64,000 nt of DNA from Bryobacterales bacterium (GTDB lineage Bacteria > Acidobacteriota > Terriglobia > Bryobacterales > UBA6623), in assembly GCA_965218555.1 (NCBI GenBank), contig OZ244625.1:3397303-3461302 (forward strand). The letters are read 5' to 3'. The notes below the pieces were generated by a model. It did no database searches. It was not told where the DNA came from and was given only the letters and a program-made list of their open reading frames with translations. Of this stretch, positions 1-9,076 are shown one piece after another. The translations under genes were made by a program, and so were the position numbers. Numbering within the stretch: the first letter of the stretch is position 1; every line of letters begins with the position of its first letter.

Positions 1-1
1 T

Positions 2-1231
2 GCTCGCCTCAAGCCCGGGAAGCGCACGGCGGCCCAAAGCGACAAGCTGCGGCTCTCCTTCCTCGATGAGTACGTGCCCTCCCACATCCGTGAGGCATGG
101 CAAACCCTGAGCGCAACCCGCAAAGAACGCGAAGCGTTCATCAAAAGCTTCCCGACCGTCATGGTCATGCAGGAGCGGGAGATCCTGAGGCCGACTCATC
201 TGCTTGTGCGCGGCCAATACGATCTCCCGGGCGATGAGGTCACACCCGGCGTTCCGGCCGCGCTGCCGCCGATCCCCGAGGGTGTTCCGAACAACCGCCT
301 CGGCTTGGCCCGCTGGCTCGTCAGTCCTTCCAATCCGCTGACGGCGCGGGTGACCATCAACCGTTTCTGGCAGTCCTACTTCGGCACCGGGCTCGTCAAG
401 ACGGTCGAGGATTTCGGCTCGCAAGGTGAATGGCCGATGTACCTGGAACTGCTCGATTGGCTGGCCACCGAGTTCATCGATAGCGGCTGGAACGTCAAGC
501 AGCTCCAGAAGACGATCGTCATGAGCGCCACCTATCGGCAGTCATCCCGCGTCACCCCCGCGTTGGCGGCGAAAGACCCTGAGAATCGGCTGTTGGCTCG
601 AGGGCCGCGGGTACGTCTTCCCGCCGAGGTGGTGCGCGATCAGGCGCTGGCGATCTCGGGTTTACTGGTTGAAGAGATCGGGGGGCCTTCGGTGAAGCCT
701 TATCAGCCGGCAGGCCTTTGGAAGGAACTCGCCGGGGGATACGACTACGAACAAGGCCAAGGCAACGACCTCTACCGGCGCAGTCTCTACACGTTTTGGA
801 AGCGCGCTGTGCCGCCGCCGCAGATGCTGAACTTCGATTCGGCGGGCCGCGAGGCCTGCACCGTTCGCGAGACACGCACGAATACGCCGCTGCAAGCGCT
901 CAACTTGATGAACGACGTCACGTTCGTCGAAGCCTCCCGCAAGCTCGCCGAGCGCATGATGACCGAAGGCGGCCGCACGCCGCAAGAGCGCATCGGATAT
1001 GGGTATCGCCTGGCGACGGCTCAGAAGCTCAAGCAGGAGAGCAACAAAATCCTGCTGGGCGGTTACCGCCACTACCTCGACAATTTTCAGACCGACCGGC
1101 GCGCCGCGCTCGAGTTGGTTCGCCAAGGTGAATCCGAACGGGACCAAGCGCTGGAAGTCGCTCAACTCGCCTCCTACACCACTGTCGCGAGCCTCATCTT
1201 GAATCTGGACGAGACGATTACGAAGGAATAG
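2..1231 (+). CDS. DUF1553 (PSD1) domain protein, 5'-partial
   Basis: Frame is open from base 2. Motifs RLGLARWL..NPLTARV.INRFWQ, ELLDWLA.EF...GW..K, RRSLY, TNTPLQAL.LMN. Followed by a DUF1501 gene, as is usual for this family. Confidence 0.9.
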   Translation, partial: ARLKPGKRTAAQSDKLRLSFLDEYVPSHIREAWQTLSATRKEREAFIKSFPTVMVMQEREILRPTHLLVRGQYDLPGDEVTPGVPAALPPIPEGVPNNRLGLARWLVSPSNPLTARVTINRFWQSYFGTGLVKTVEDFGSQGEWPMYLELLDWLATEFIDSGWNVKQLQKTIVMSATYRQSSRVTPALAAKDPENRLLARGPRVRLPAEVVRDQALAISGLLVEEIGGPSVKPYQPAGLWKELAGGYDYEQGQGNDLYRRSLYTFWKRAVPPPQMLNFDSAGREACTVRETRTNTPLQALNLMNDVTFVEASRKLAERMMTEGGRTPQERIGYGYRLATAQKLKQESNKILLGGYRHYLDNFQTDRRAALELVRQGESERDQALEVAQLASYTTVASLILNLDETITKE

Positions 1232-1262
1232 CCCTTACCTATTGACAACGGGAGAGATGCCC

Positions 1263-2729
1263 ATGAATCCGCTCGTTGAACGCCAACTTCAGTTGACGCG
1301 ACGTCACTTCTTCGGTTTGAGCAGCACCGGCATCGGAACAGCCGTTCTTTCGTCTCTGCTGAATGACGACCTATCGGCCGCCACGCCGCGCACGGACGGT
1401 CCCGGCAGCATCGGAGGTCTCCCCGGGCTGCCCCACTTCGCGCCGAAAGCGAAGCGCGTCATCTACCTCTTCCAGTCAGGTGGGCCGTCGCAGATGGACT
1501 TGTTCGACTACAAGCCCAAACTCGTCGATATGCGCGCCTCCGAACTCCCCGACTCCATTCGCCAGGGCCAGCGGCTCACCGGCATGACGGCGACCCAGAC
1601 CAGCTTTCCTGTCGCACCGTCAATCTTCGAGTTCAAGCAACGCGGCGAATCCGGCGCTTGGATCAGCGATCTTCTGCCGCACATCACGAAGGTCGCCGAT
1701 AATCTCTCGTTCGTCAAATCGATGCACACCACGGCCATCAACCACGACCCGGCCGTGACGTTCTTCCAAACAGGATTTCAATTGGCCGGCAGGCCAAGCA
1801 TCGGTTCGTGGCTTTCCTACGGCTTGGGCACGCTCAACAAAGATCTCCCATCGTTCGTCGTCATGGTCTCGCAGGGCGAGGGCCGCGGCGGTCAGCCCCT
1901 CTATGACCGGCTGTGGGGAAGCGGTTTTCTGCCGACGCGGTACCAAGGCGTAAAATTCCGCGGCGTAGGCGATCCGGTTCTTTATTTGTCTGACCCGCCG
2001 GGCATCAATCAAGGAGTTCGACGTCGATTCCTCGACGATCTCGCGAAGATGAACGAACTGAAGCACAACGATTTCGGCGACCCGGAGATCTCAACGCGCA
2101 TCGCGCAGTATGAGATGGCCTATCGGATGCAAAGCTCCGTGCCCGAATTGACGGACCTGTCCGGTGAATCGGAGAAAACATTCGAATCCTACGGACCCGA
2201 TTCACGCAAGCGAGGGACCTACGCCGCCAACTGTCTGTTGGCTCGGCGGCTCGCCGAACGCGGGGTCCGCTTCGTACAACTTTTCCATCGTGGCTGGGAC
2301 CAGCACACGGAACTGCCCAAGGGCATTCGGTATCAAGCGAAGGACACGGATCAGCCAACCGCCGCGCTGATCCAGGATCTGAAAGACCGCGGCATGCTCG
2401 ACGATACGCTCGTCGTTTGGGGCGGCGAGTTCGGCCGCACCGTTTATAGCCAAGGCCGCCTCACCGAAGATGACTACGGCCGCGACCACCACCCGCGCTG
2501 CTTCTCCATCTTCATGGCGGGTGGCGGCATCCAGCCCGGAATCAGCTACGGCCAAACGGACGACTACGGCTACAACATCACGAAAGATCCCGTGGATGTC
2601 CACGACCTGCACGCGACGATCCTGCACCTGCTTGGCGTCGAGCACACCAAGCTCACATTCAAATATCAGGGCCGCCACTTCCGCCTGACGGATGTTCACG
2701 GCAAAGTGGTCAAGCCGCTGCTGGTTTAG
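1263..2729 (+). CDS. DUF1501 domain protein (sulfatase-like fold), Tat signal
   Basis: TRRHFF twin-arginine motif. PHFAPKAKRVIYLFQSGGPSQMDLFDYKP, LARRLAERGVRFVQ, WGGEFGRT, GRDHHP. Start chosen after GGAGAG. Confidence 0.92.
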   Translation: MNPLVERQLQLTRRHFFGLSSTGIGTAVLSSLLNDDLSAATPRTDGPGSIGGLPGLPHFAPKAKRVIYLFQSGGPSQMDLFDYKPKLVDMRASELPDSIRQGQRLTGMTATQTSFPVAPSIFEFKQRGESGAWISDLLPHITKVADNLSFVKSMHTTAINHDPAVTFFQTGFQLAGRPSIGSWLSYGLGTLNKDLPSFVVMVSQGEGRGGQPLYDRLWGSGFLPTRYQGVKFRGVGDPVLYLSDPPGINQGVRRRFLDDLAKMNELKHNDFGDPEISTRIAQYEMAYRMQSSVPELTDLSGESEKTFESYGPDSRKRGTYAANCLLARRLAERGVRFVQLFHRGWDQHTELPKGIRYQAKDTDQPTAALIQDLKDRGMLDDTLVVWGGEFGRTVYSQGRLTEDDYGRDHHPRCFSIFMAGGGIQPGISYGQTDDYGYNITKDPVDVHDLHATILHLLGVEHTKLTFKYQGRHFRLTDVHGKVVKPLLV

Positions 2730-3012
2730 CCGGCGTTAGCCGTTGTCATCAGGAATCCAGTGATCGACCGGGCCGACTTCGACAAGATCGTCGGGGTCGC
2801 CTGTATCAAATCTTCCTTCACGCTCCCCGAAAGCCTTGATGGCAGTTCCGCGTGAATCACCGCAAGGATCTTTCGATGGTGACTCACTTCCTCGAGGCCG
2901 CCGGTGTGAGGAACTTCGTCAGGCGCCTGCCAAAGGCGATCTTGGAACCCAACGGTTGTTGATCTCACGGATTGCCACCCAAACCGTATCATCGCCATCG
3001 CCTCGAACTTTC

Positions 3013-3390
3013 ATGGACCAAGCTGTCAGTATCTACGACCTTATTGGAGACGAGGGCTTCCAGCGCCTCATCCGGGCCTTCTACCGGCAAGTCCCCGATG
3101 ATCCCATCCTGGGAACGATGTATCCGCCCCAAGATCTCGCCGGCGCCGAACAGCGTCTGCGCGATTTCCTGATCTTCCGATTCGGCGGCCCGCCACGCTA
3201 CATCGAGCAGCGTGGCCACCCGCGCCTAAGGATGCGGCACTTCCCCTTTGCCATCGATCAGCAGGCACGCAACCGATGGGTCCGACTGATGGACAACGCC
3301 CTGGAAGAAACAGCCCTGCCCGAGCCGGTGACAGAAGCCCTCAGGGAGTTCTTCCATGACACCGCCACCTTCATGATCAACCGGCAGTGA
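3013..3390 (+). CDS. Truncated hemoglobin, group II (GlbO-like)
   Basis: SIYDLIG, FYRQV..DPIL, FGGPPRY..RGHPRLRMRH.PF.I motifs, ending FMIN. Confidence 0.9.
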   Translation: MDQAVSIYDLIGDEGFQRLIRAFYRQVPDDPILGTMYPPQDLAGAEQRLRDFLIFRFGGPPRYIEQRGHPRLRMRHFPFAIDQQARNRWVRLMDNALEETALPEPVTEALREFFHDTATFMINRQ

Positions 3391-3408
3391 TCGGGGGGTC
3401 GACTTTGA

Positions 3409-4755
3409 TCAGCGAGATTCGTGCGCCCGCTTGACCGCCTGCTCGGTCAAGCGTTGATGAACCGATGCGGCCGCTTCCGCCGTCACCGCGACACCTTCTT
3501 CATCGTCCACTCGTTCCGTAATGCGGCCGTGGCTGTAGAGGAAGGAAAGCTTGTCTGCTTCGGTGTGCGGGAAGCGATACCTGACCGTTGACACGGGATC
3601 TCCCGGCAACAAGCGGTCCATCGCGACCAGCAGATGTTCGATTCCTTCATTCTTCAGAGCCGAGACCGCCACTGCATCGAGGTGCTCTCCAGCGGCGGTC
3701 TCGATGGCGCGAATCCGCTCGCCCTCGTCGGGAGCAATGCGGTCGCACTTGTTCAGCACCAGGATCTGCGGCTTGTCCCTGGCTTGCAATTCTTCCAGTA
3801 CCTTGTTGACTTCGTGGATGTACGCGCGCCGTTGCGGGCTCGATGCATCGACCACGTGAAGACACATCACCGCCTCGGTAACTTCTTCCAAGGTTGCGCG
3901 AAAAGCGCGCACCAGGCCCAGCGGCAATCGGGAGATGAAGCCGACCGTATCGGAAAGCAACACGCGGCGATGCGACGGAAGTTCGAAGGCGCGGATCGTC
4001 GGGTCCAGCGTTGCAAACATACGCGAGTCGGCCAGCACGTTCCCCGAAGTCAACGCGTTGAACAGCGTGGACTTGCCCGCATTCGTGTAGCCGACCAGTG
4101 CAATGGTCGACAGCGGCACCACGCTACGCTTCTTACGCTGCCGCCCGCGTTGAGCGCGCACCGATTCGAGTTTCGCTTCGAGGGTCGCGATACGCCGTCC
4201 GATGCGGCGTCGGTCCGTCTCGAGTTGCGTCTCACCCGGCCCGCGAGCGCCGATGCCGCCGGCCAGCCGGGACATCTCGACGCCGCGGCCGGTCAACCGT
4301 GGCGCCAAGTATTGCAACTGCGCCAGTTCGACCTGCAAGCGGCCCTCTCTCGTCCGCGCGTGACCCGCGAAGATGTCGAGGATCAACTGTGTGCGGTCCA
4401 GCACGCGCCGGTCAAGCTGTTTCTCAAGATTGCGCTGTTGAGTCGCTGTCAGTTCGTGATCGAAGAGAACGAAGTCGGCGTCAAACTCCGTGGCAGCTAC
4501 CCGCAACTCGTCGATCTTGCCGCGGCCGATCAGCGTTGCGGAATCGGGCTTATCCCGAACTTGCATCATCGCATCGACGACCTCGGCGCCAGCGCTAGCG
4601 GCAAGTTCGGCGAGCTCTGCCAGAGACTCCTCGGCTTGCTCGACAGCATGCGCTTGCCCTTTGCCGCGCAGGGCAACCCCCGCGAGCACACATTTCTCCG
4701 GTTCGTTGCCGCTTGCCGACGTCGAGCGAACCGTGGCTGAGCGTGCTCTCGCCAT
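3409..4755 (-). CDS. hflX: GTPase HflX
   Basis: LILDIFA, GPGETQLETDRR, GYTNAGKST, FATLDPT, DTVGF, NKCD motifs. Lies downstream of hfq. Start codon uncertain. Confidence 0.96.
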   Translation of the reverse strand: MARARSATVRSTSASGNEPEKCVLAGVALRGKGQAHAVEQAEESLAELAELAASAGAEVVDAMMQVRDKPDSATLIGRGKIDELRVAATEFDADFVLFDHELTATQQRNLEKQLDRRVLDRTQLILDIFAGHARTREGRLQVELAQLQYLAPRLTGRGVEMSRLAGGIGARGPGETQLETDRRRIGRRIATLEAKLESVRAQRGRQRKKRSVVPLSTIALVGYTNAGKSTLFNALTSGNVLADSRMFATLDPTIRAFELPSHRRVLLSDTVGFISRLPLGLVRAFRATLEEVTEAVMCLHVVDASSPQRRAYIHEVNKVLEELQARDKPQILVLNKCDRIAPDEGERIRAIETAAGEHLDAVAVSALKNEGIEHLLVAMDRLLPGDPVSTVRYRFPHTEADKLSFLYSHGRITERVDDEEGVAVTAEAAASVHQRLTEQAVKRAHESR

Positions 4756-4892
4756 AGCGATTTTTGGTTTGTCCGCGTTACTTGCAGGCAAAAGACCCGC
4801 CGGCCGCCGGTGCGCAATCGTTCCTTGCCGCAAGGCCTGCGACCGGCATTTTCGCTGTTCCTCTCGTGATGTTCCGCCGAGGCTCGACTCGA

Positions 4893-5225
4893 TCAGCCGG
4901 AGTCAACGGATGACTCGACGACCCCGACTGGGGCCTTGGATTCGAGCGGCTCCGGTAACGGCCGATGACTTTCTGATCCCCGGTGCGACTCGGCTGAGCG
5001 GTAGGAGCTCCCACCGCGGTGGTGCTGTTTCGAGGTCACGACGGTCGAAATCGCGTGCTTGAAGATCAACTGTTCCTGATGGTTCGTTTCAAAAACCACA
5101 CAGTACTTGTCGAATCCTCTCACACGTCCGGAAAGCTTTACGCCGCTGGTGAGATAAATCGTGACCGGAACTCTTTCTTTACGAGCATTGTTGAGGAAGC
5201 CGTCTTGCAGGTTTTGACTGGACAT
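4893..5225 (-). CDS. hfq: RNA chaperone Hfq with disordered C-terminal tail
   Basis: [38 protein letters not shown]. Confidence 0.97.
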   Translation of the reverse strand: MSSQNLQDGFLNNARKERVPVTIYLTSGVKLSGRVRGFDKYCVVFETNHQEQLIFKHAISTVVTSKQHHRGGSSYRSAESHRGSESHRPLPEPLESKAPVGVVESSVDSG

Positions 5226-5504
5226 ATCGCACCACCCATCATCCTGGGAATATTGCTCGATGCGTTGTTGTTCCCTAAACGAGGGGTGAAAAAGAGCGCA
5301 AGCGCCACCCCGTCAAGGTCATGTCATTGTAGAGCAACATCCGCCACGTCGCAACGCAATCGTAACCCTGTCCGAGATACCCTTTTCTGCTGAGAAGACC
5401 TATCAGCCTGCCTTGCTTTTTTAACACGTTACGGGAAAAGCAGTTGTGCGTCCTGAAGCGTGAGCCTCCGATCGAGGGCATGCAGGCTGACGGTACAATG
5501 AAAT

Positions 5505-6401
5505 TTGTCTTTGCCTATCATTCGCGAGATCGGAGCGGCATTCCGCAATCTCGATCCCGAAGAAGTTCGCCGGATGTCGGAACGTCCGATCAGCTTGGGC
5601 ATCCTGGCCGCTGATGACAATCTGTACTCCCTCATTCTTTCCTTTCTGATCCCGCCGGAGACCTCCGAGGCTAAAGCGCGGCAGGCGTTCGACTGCATGT
5701 TGCGTGTCGCGGAAGTCGAGGACTTCGGCCGCTGTGACCTCGGCTTGGCGGAGTCGGGAATCCCTCATCCCGAGCACTTCTACGCGTTCGACTCCCACTT
5801 GCCCTCGGCGACCGTCAAGCTGATTCTTGACGACCACGAAGACCTCTGGATACCCCTCGCCAAGCGATTTCTTCCGTTTCGCGAGGCTGCGATACAACGC
5901 ATCATCTGGAAGATCAGCAAGGAGAATGCATGGTTCACCGTGGCCACGGCGCTGCCCAATGTCGTGCCCAGCATCATCACCGCGCCATGGGCTGTCGGCG
6001 AGTTTGCGTCCGACACCGCTTTTCTCACTATGAACCAGGTTCGCATGGCATTTCTGATTGCCGCCGCCAGCGATAGCGACGTCGGCTACAAGCGGCAGCG
6101 GGCACAGATCGGCTCCATCGTCGCGGCGGCTTTCGGTTGGCGGGCCATTGCTCGCGAGATGGTGTCAAAGGTTCCGGGGGGCGGCGGGTTGGTATCGAAA
6201 GGCCTCGTATCGTTTGCCGGGACGTACGTTGTGGGCGTTGGCTTGGACCGCCTACTGCGATTCGGACGCCATCTTACCCGCGAAGAGAAGCGCCAACAGT
6301 ATGCCTACGCCTTCGAAAGGGGCCGCGAGGCCGTCCACCAGATCGTGGAGCGTCTCACCGGAATAGGCGGATCGACCGCTAGCGCCCGCGCGGTATCCTG
6401 A
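5505..6401 (+). CDS. Hypothetical protein (DUF697/EcsC-like C-terminal half)
   Basis: 298-aa ORF with natural composition and hydrophobic, Gly/Ala-rich helices (SDTAFLTMNQVRM, AFGWRAIARE..KVP.GGGLV.KG..SFAGTY). Confidence 0.7.
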   Translation: MSLPIIREIGAAFRNLDPEEVRRMSERPISLGILAADDNLYSLILSFLIPPETSEAKARQAFDCMLRVAEVEDFGRCDLGLAESGIPHPEHFYAFDSHLPSATVKLILDDHEDLWIPLAKRFLPFREAAIQRIIWKISKENAWFTVATALPNVVPSIITAPWAVGEFASDTAFLTMNQVRMAFLIAAASDSDVGYKRQRAQIGSIVAAAFGWRAIAREMVSKVPGGGGLVSKGLVSFAGTYVVGVGLDRLLRFGRHLTREEKRQQYAYAFERGREAVHQIVERLTGIGGSTASARAVS

Positions 6402-6421
6402 TCAGTTCATTGCACTCCGAT

Positions 6422-6841
6422 ATGGCGCGCCGCACCCTCTGGCCAGTCCTCTTATTGCTCACGGTCTTTGCTGATCTGCTCGCTGCGGAGAATACCATCA
6501 TCCGCGGCCGACTCGCCGACCCGCCCGGACAGCAACCACCCGCCGGCCAACCGCTTGTGTTCGTCACCGCTCAAGGACAAAAGCTGGCGCTGGAAGGAGA
6601 CGAGTACTCGACAAGCCAACTTGCCGACCCGGAACTCACGGACCGCTACTGGGAACTTCGCGGCCATCTCAAACCCGCCGGCTTCTTCGAGGTGCTGCGG
6701 CTATTCACGGTGAAAGACAACAAGCTTTTTCGCGTAACCTACTTCTGCGTGATCTGTAACATCCGCAGCCATCACCACGGTCCTTGCATGTGCTGCCAGG
6801 ACGAAACCGAACTGCAAGAACTCCCTGTGGCCGAACCATGA
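6422..6841 (+). CDS. Exported protein with C-terminal Cys/His metal-binding motif
   Basis: Signal peptide and YFCVICNIRSHHHGPCMCCQ motif. Its stop overlaps the next start (ATGA). Confidence 0.75.
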   Translation: MARRTLWPVLLLLTVFADLLAAENTIIRGRLADPPGQQPPAGQPLVFVTAQGQKLALEGDEYSTSQLADPELTDRYWELRGHLKPAGFFEVLRLFTVKDNKLFRVTYFCVICNIRSHHHGPCMCCQDETELQELPVAEP

Positions 6842-7902
6842 GTCTGTGCACGATGATGCGTATGGTTCTCTTGCTGCCGCTCGCCATGTCCGCGCTCGCG
6901 CAACCCTACACGGCACAGAAGACGACCGTTGACGGTATCCCTATCGTTCGACTCAATGACAACGAGCGGGACATTGTCGTCTCGATCGCGCCGACCGTCG
7001 GTAACAACGCCTACGAGATGATCCTTGGCGGCAAGAACGTCTTCTGGTTCCCTTACGAATCCGTTGCCGACTTTGCTCGGGAGCCGAAGCTCTGTGGAAA
7101 CCCCTTTCTCGCTCCGTGGGCAAATCGCTTGGATGAGGACGGTTTCTACTTCGAAGGCAAGCACTATCTCCTTGACAAACATCTCGGCAATCTACGCCGC
7201 GACGGCAACAACCTTCCGATCCACGGTTTGCTTCTCTACCGGCCTGAATGGGAGGTCGTCGAGTTGGAGGCGACCGCAGAGGAAGCGTACGTCACGAGCC
7301 GGTTCTCATTCGCGAGGCATGCGGAGTTGCTCGGTCACTTCCCGTTCGCGCATCAGATCGATATGACGTATCGGCTTCGAGCGGGCGCGCTTACCATCGA
7401 AACGCGCATCATGAATCAAGGCTCGCAGGCCATGCCGCTCTCGGTCGGCTATCACCCTTACTTCCAGATTCACGATGCGCCGCGCGACGCCTGGACCGTC
7501 CGCCTGCCGGTAGAGCACATCTGGACATTGACGGACCGGCTCGTCCCCACCGGAGGCACACAACCGGTCCGTAACCTATTTCCCAACCCGGAGAGCATCG
7601 CGCTCACCGGAACGTTTCTCGATCACGTCTTCGGAGGCCTCCGCCGCGCTGCTGATGGAACCGCCCGTTTCGCTGTGAAGGGCAAACAGCAAGTCATCGA
7701 GGTTCGCTACGGGGAAAAGTACCGCGAGGCGGTCGTCTACGCCCCTCCCGGCAAGGAGCGCGCATTCATCTGCTTTGAACCCATGAGTGGCATCACGAAC
7801 GCCTTCAACCTGGCTCATCGAGGCCGGTACGATCACCTGCAAAGCATCCCGGCGGGCGGAGAATGGATGGAGTCATACTCCATCCATCCCAGGGGTTTCT
7901 AG
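6838..7902 (+). CDS. Aldose 1-epimerase family protein with signal peptide
   Basis: GNPFLAPWANRL, IHG, GYHPYF, FICFEPM motifs. Confidence 0.9.
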   Translation: MSLCTMMRMVLLLPLAMSALAQPYTAQKTTVDGIPIVRLNDNERDIVVSIAPTVGNNAYEMILGGKNVFWFPYESVADFAREPKLCGNPFLAPWANRLDEDGFYFEGKHYLLDKHLGNLRRDGNNLPIHGLLLYRPEWEVVELEATAEEAYVTSRFSFARHAELLGHFPFAHQIDMTYRLRAGALTIETRIMNQGSQAMPLSVGYHPYFQIHDAPRDAWTVRLPVEHIWTLTDRLVPTGGTQPVRNLFPNPESIALTGTFLDHVFGGLRRAADGTARFAVKGKQQVIEVRYGEKYREAVVYAPPGKERAFICFEPMSGITNAFNLAHRGRYDHLQSIPAGGEWMESYSIHPRGF

Positions 7903-8849
7903 CTGTGGAACCTCAACAGGTTGTCCCCGGTCAGACCGATTCGACTGATGGGCGGGTTGGCCTTGAGACTGGCGTGTGGGCGGTGCCAATTGTAGCGGTG
8001 GAGCCAGTGTCTGAGGTGTTGGGCACGCTGCGCGGAGGTGGGGTAGGGGTGTGCGTAGGCCCACTCGCGGAGTGCGGTCTGGATGAAGCGTTCGGCTTTG
8101 CCGTTGGTACGAGGGGTGAAGGGCCGGGTGAAGCGATGGCGTAGGCCGCGTTGGGCACAGCGTGCATGGAAGGCCCTGGAACGGTAACACCCGCCGTTGT
8201 CAGTGAGCACGCGGCGGACGCGGATGCCGAGGCGGTGGTAGTAGTCGAGGGCGGCGGTGAGAAAGGCCGCGGCAGTGGCGGCGGTCTGGTCGGGATAGAG
8301 CTGGGAGAAGGCAAGGCGGGAGTGGTCGTCGACGCAGACATGAAGGTATTCCCAGCCGGCGCCGGGGCTGGAGTGGCGGCGGTCCCCGGTGACGCGGTGA
8401 CCGGGGCGGCGAAAGCGGCCGAGTTTCTTGATATCAAGGTGCAGCAGGTCGCCCGGGTGGGGATGTTCGTAACGGCGGACGGGTGGCGCCGGGTCGAGGG
8501 CACAGAGGCGGGCAAGGCCCTGGCGGCGGAGGACCCGACTGACGGTAGCAGGCGCCACCCCGACAGTGGCGGCGATCTGGGCGCCGGTCCAGCGCAGCCG
8601 GCGCAAGGTGGTGATGCGATTGATGACAGCGGCCGGTATCGTCCGTGGCGAGCGGTGCGGACGCGAACTGCGGTCGAGCAATCCGTCGGCGCCCTCAGCC
8701 CGATAGCGGGCTACCCACTTGCGCACCGTACGTGCGCAGACCCCGAAGGCGCTGGCCACCGCCTTCGGGGTCTGGCCCTGGTCGAGAATCCGCCGGACAA
8801 CATCGGCTCGACTCTTCGGGGTCAACTTGGCATTCTGATGGATGTTCAC
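7899..8849 (-). CDS. IS481-family transposase
   Basis: MNIHQNAKLTP start, HTH, DDE triad in HLDIKKLG / VLTDNG / TNGKAERF, YNWHRPH. Confidence 0.97.
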   Translation of the reverse strand: MNIHQNAKLTPKSRADVVRRILDQGQTPKAVASAFGVCARTVRKWVARYRAEGADGLLDRSSRPHRSPRTIPAAVINRITTLRRLRWTGAQIAATVGVAPATVSRVLRRQGLARLCALDPAPPVRRYEHPHPGDLLHLDIKKLGRFRRPGHRVTGDRRHSSPGAGWEYLHVCVDDHSRLAFSQLYPDQTAATAAAFLTAALDYYHRLGIRVRRVLTDNGGCYRSRAFHARCAQRGLRHRFTRPFTPRTNGKAERFIQTALREWAYAHPYPTSAQRAQHLRHWLHRYNWHRPHASLKANPPISRIGLTGDNLLRFHS

Positions 8850-8934
8850 TCGGTCCTCCTTCCGGGAAACCGTTTGCTTGACACCTTCAGTTTCCTCGGT
8901 CGGGACCGAGTGAACAACCTATTGAAAGATCACA
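7904..8934 (-). mobile_element. IS481-family insertion sequence, complete (1031 bp)
   Basis: Imperfect terminal inverted repeats TGTGGAACCTCAACAGGTTGT and TGTGATCTTTCAATAGGTTGT (reverse complement). Direct repeat TCTAGC at 7898-7903 and 8935-8940 fits an NCTAGN target. Confidence 0.95.
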
Positions 8935-9076
8935 TCTAGCGGACCTTCCGCTGCGCGCAGTGCGCCTGATTCGACGCCCGGGATGCTCGGTCTTTGACCG
9001 GATAGCGGGCTGCGTTCATGGGCGGGTGCGCCTGATCGTTGCCATCGCGTGCTTCCGAGTGCCCTAGCCGCGCGTC

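Noticed and set aside
2730-3012. N-terminal extension of the globin or a separate small gene
   Set aside because: Globin homology starts at ATG 3013. Upstream frames are short or unrecognisable, at most a degraded remnant.
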